From: Mobula hypostoma
Lineage: Eukaryota
Direction of reading: 5' to 3'
DNA: 64,000 nucleotides
Assembly: GCF_963921235.1 (NCBI RefSeq)
Contig: NC_086108.1
Location: forward strand, 86,554,001 to 86,618,000
Under the pieces are notes generated by a model. It was given only the letters and a program-made list of their open reading frames with translations, was not told the DNA's origin and did no database searches. Shown here piece after piece: positions 62,990-64,000 of the stretch. Each line of letters begins with the position of its first letter. Position 1 is the first letter of the stretch. Made by a program: the position numbers and the translations under genes.

Positions 62990-64000
62990 GTCAAAGTCAA
63001 AAGTAAATTTATTATCTTACTATGTATGTGTTACCATCTACTACTTCGAGATTATTTTTTCCTTGTAGGCATTTACAGAAAAATAAAGAAATACAATAGA
63101 ATTGATGAATAACTATGCATAATAAAGACAGACAAACACACAACGTGCAAAAGGTGGCAAATCATTCAAATAACTAAAAATGAAGAAAACAAGTGATACT
63201 GAGAACAAGAGTTGTAGAGTCCTTGAAAGTGAGTCTATAAGTTGTGGAGTCAGTTCAACATTGAGATGAGAAGATATCCATGCTGGTTCAAGAGCGTGAT
63301 GGTTGTACGGTAGTGACTGTTCCTGAACCTGGTGTTGTGGGACCTAAGGCTCCTGCCTCTCCTGCCTAATGGTAGTAGTGTGAAGGGAGCATGGCCTAGA
63401 AGATGGGGTCCTTGATGATGGATGCTTCTTTCTTGTGGCAGTTCTCCTTGTATGTACTCAATGCTGGAGAGGGACTTGCATGCCAATCACTTTTTGTAGA
63501 CATTTCTGTTTCTGGTTATTGGTGTTTCCATACCAGCTGTGATGCAGCCTGTTAGGATACTCTCCACTGAGCATCTATAGAAGTTTGTCAAAGTTTTAGA
63601 TACATGTCAAGTCTACGCAAACTTCCAAGGAAGTAAAAGTACTGCCGTGCTATTTTAGTGATTGTGTTATTTAGTGCTGGACTCTGAACAGATCCTTCTG
63701 ATATTGTAGCGCCAAGGAATTTAAATTAACCCAACTCTCCACCTCTGATACCCTAATGAGCCCTGGCTCATGAACTTTCGGCTGCTTCTTCCTGTATTTA
63801 ATAATCAGCTCTTCGGTTTTGCTGACCTCAACTAGATTTTCAAACTTCCTCTTATAAGATGATTTATCAGAGACTTTAATTTGGCCAACTGGTGTCAGCA
63901 GCAATCTTAAGTGTGGTGTTGGAGCTGCACTTAGCTATGTAATCTTAGATATGAAGCATGTAGAGCAGGAGACTAAACGCATAGTTTGTAGTGCACCTGT
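62990..64000 (-). mobile_element. Decayed Rex1/Babar LINE running off the window
   Basis: VSKTEELII and GHAPFTLLP.GRR.RSLRSHNTRFRNS; aaagtcaaaagtaaatttatt tail near 62995. Confidence 0.78.

Overview
Eukaryotic (vertebrate) genomic DNA, not a prokaryotic accessory region. The repeat families present (CR1, Rex1/Babar, RTE, L1, Penelope-like elements, tRNA/V-SINEs, Deu-domain SINE relics, Gypsy, hAT, Tc1/mariner) suggest a cartilaginous fish, probably a ray; this is inferred from my recall of the families, not from a search. Well over half the window is recognisable transposable-element sequence, often nested 2-3 deep. Main elements: (1) a near full-length CR1 with an open zinc-finger/SGNH-esterase ORF1, sitting in a Rex1 that sits in an older CR1 (1-6.8 kb); (2) a two-LTR Gypsy with no RT/RNase H, carrying a hAT and an inverted Penelope (17.0-22.5 kb); (3) a solo LTR with a 33-bp minisatellite (26.8-28.4 kb); (4) a Penelope with a 682-codon open RT/GIY-YIG frame lacking RT motif A (41-45 kb); (5) about a dozen Penelope-borne minimal hammerhead ribozyme motifs. 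No host gene could be identified, only two weak candidate exons, so the window looks intronic or intergenic. I found no CRISPR array, rRNA or true tRNA gene, and no system I can honestly call new. Boundaries not anchored by a TSD or TIR are approximate (tens of bp).
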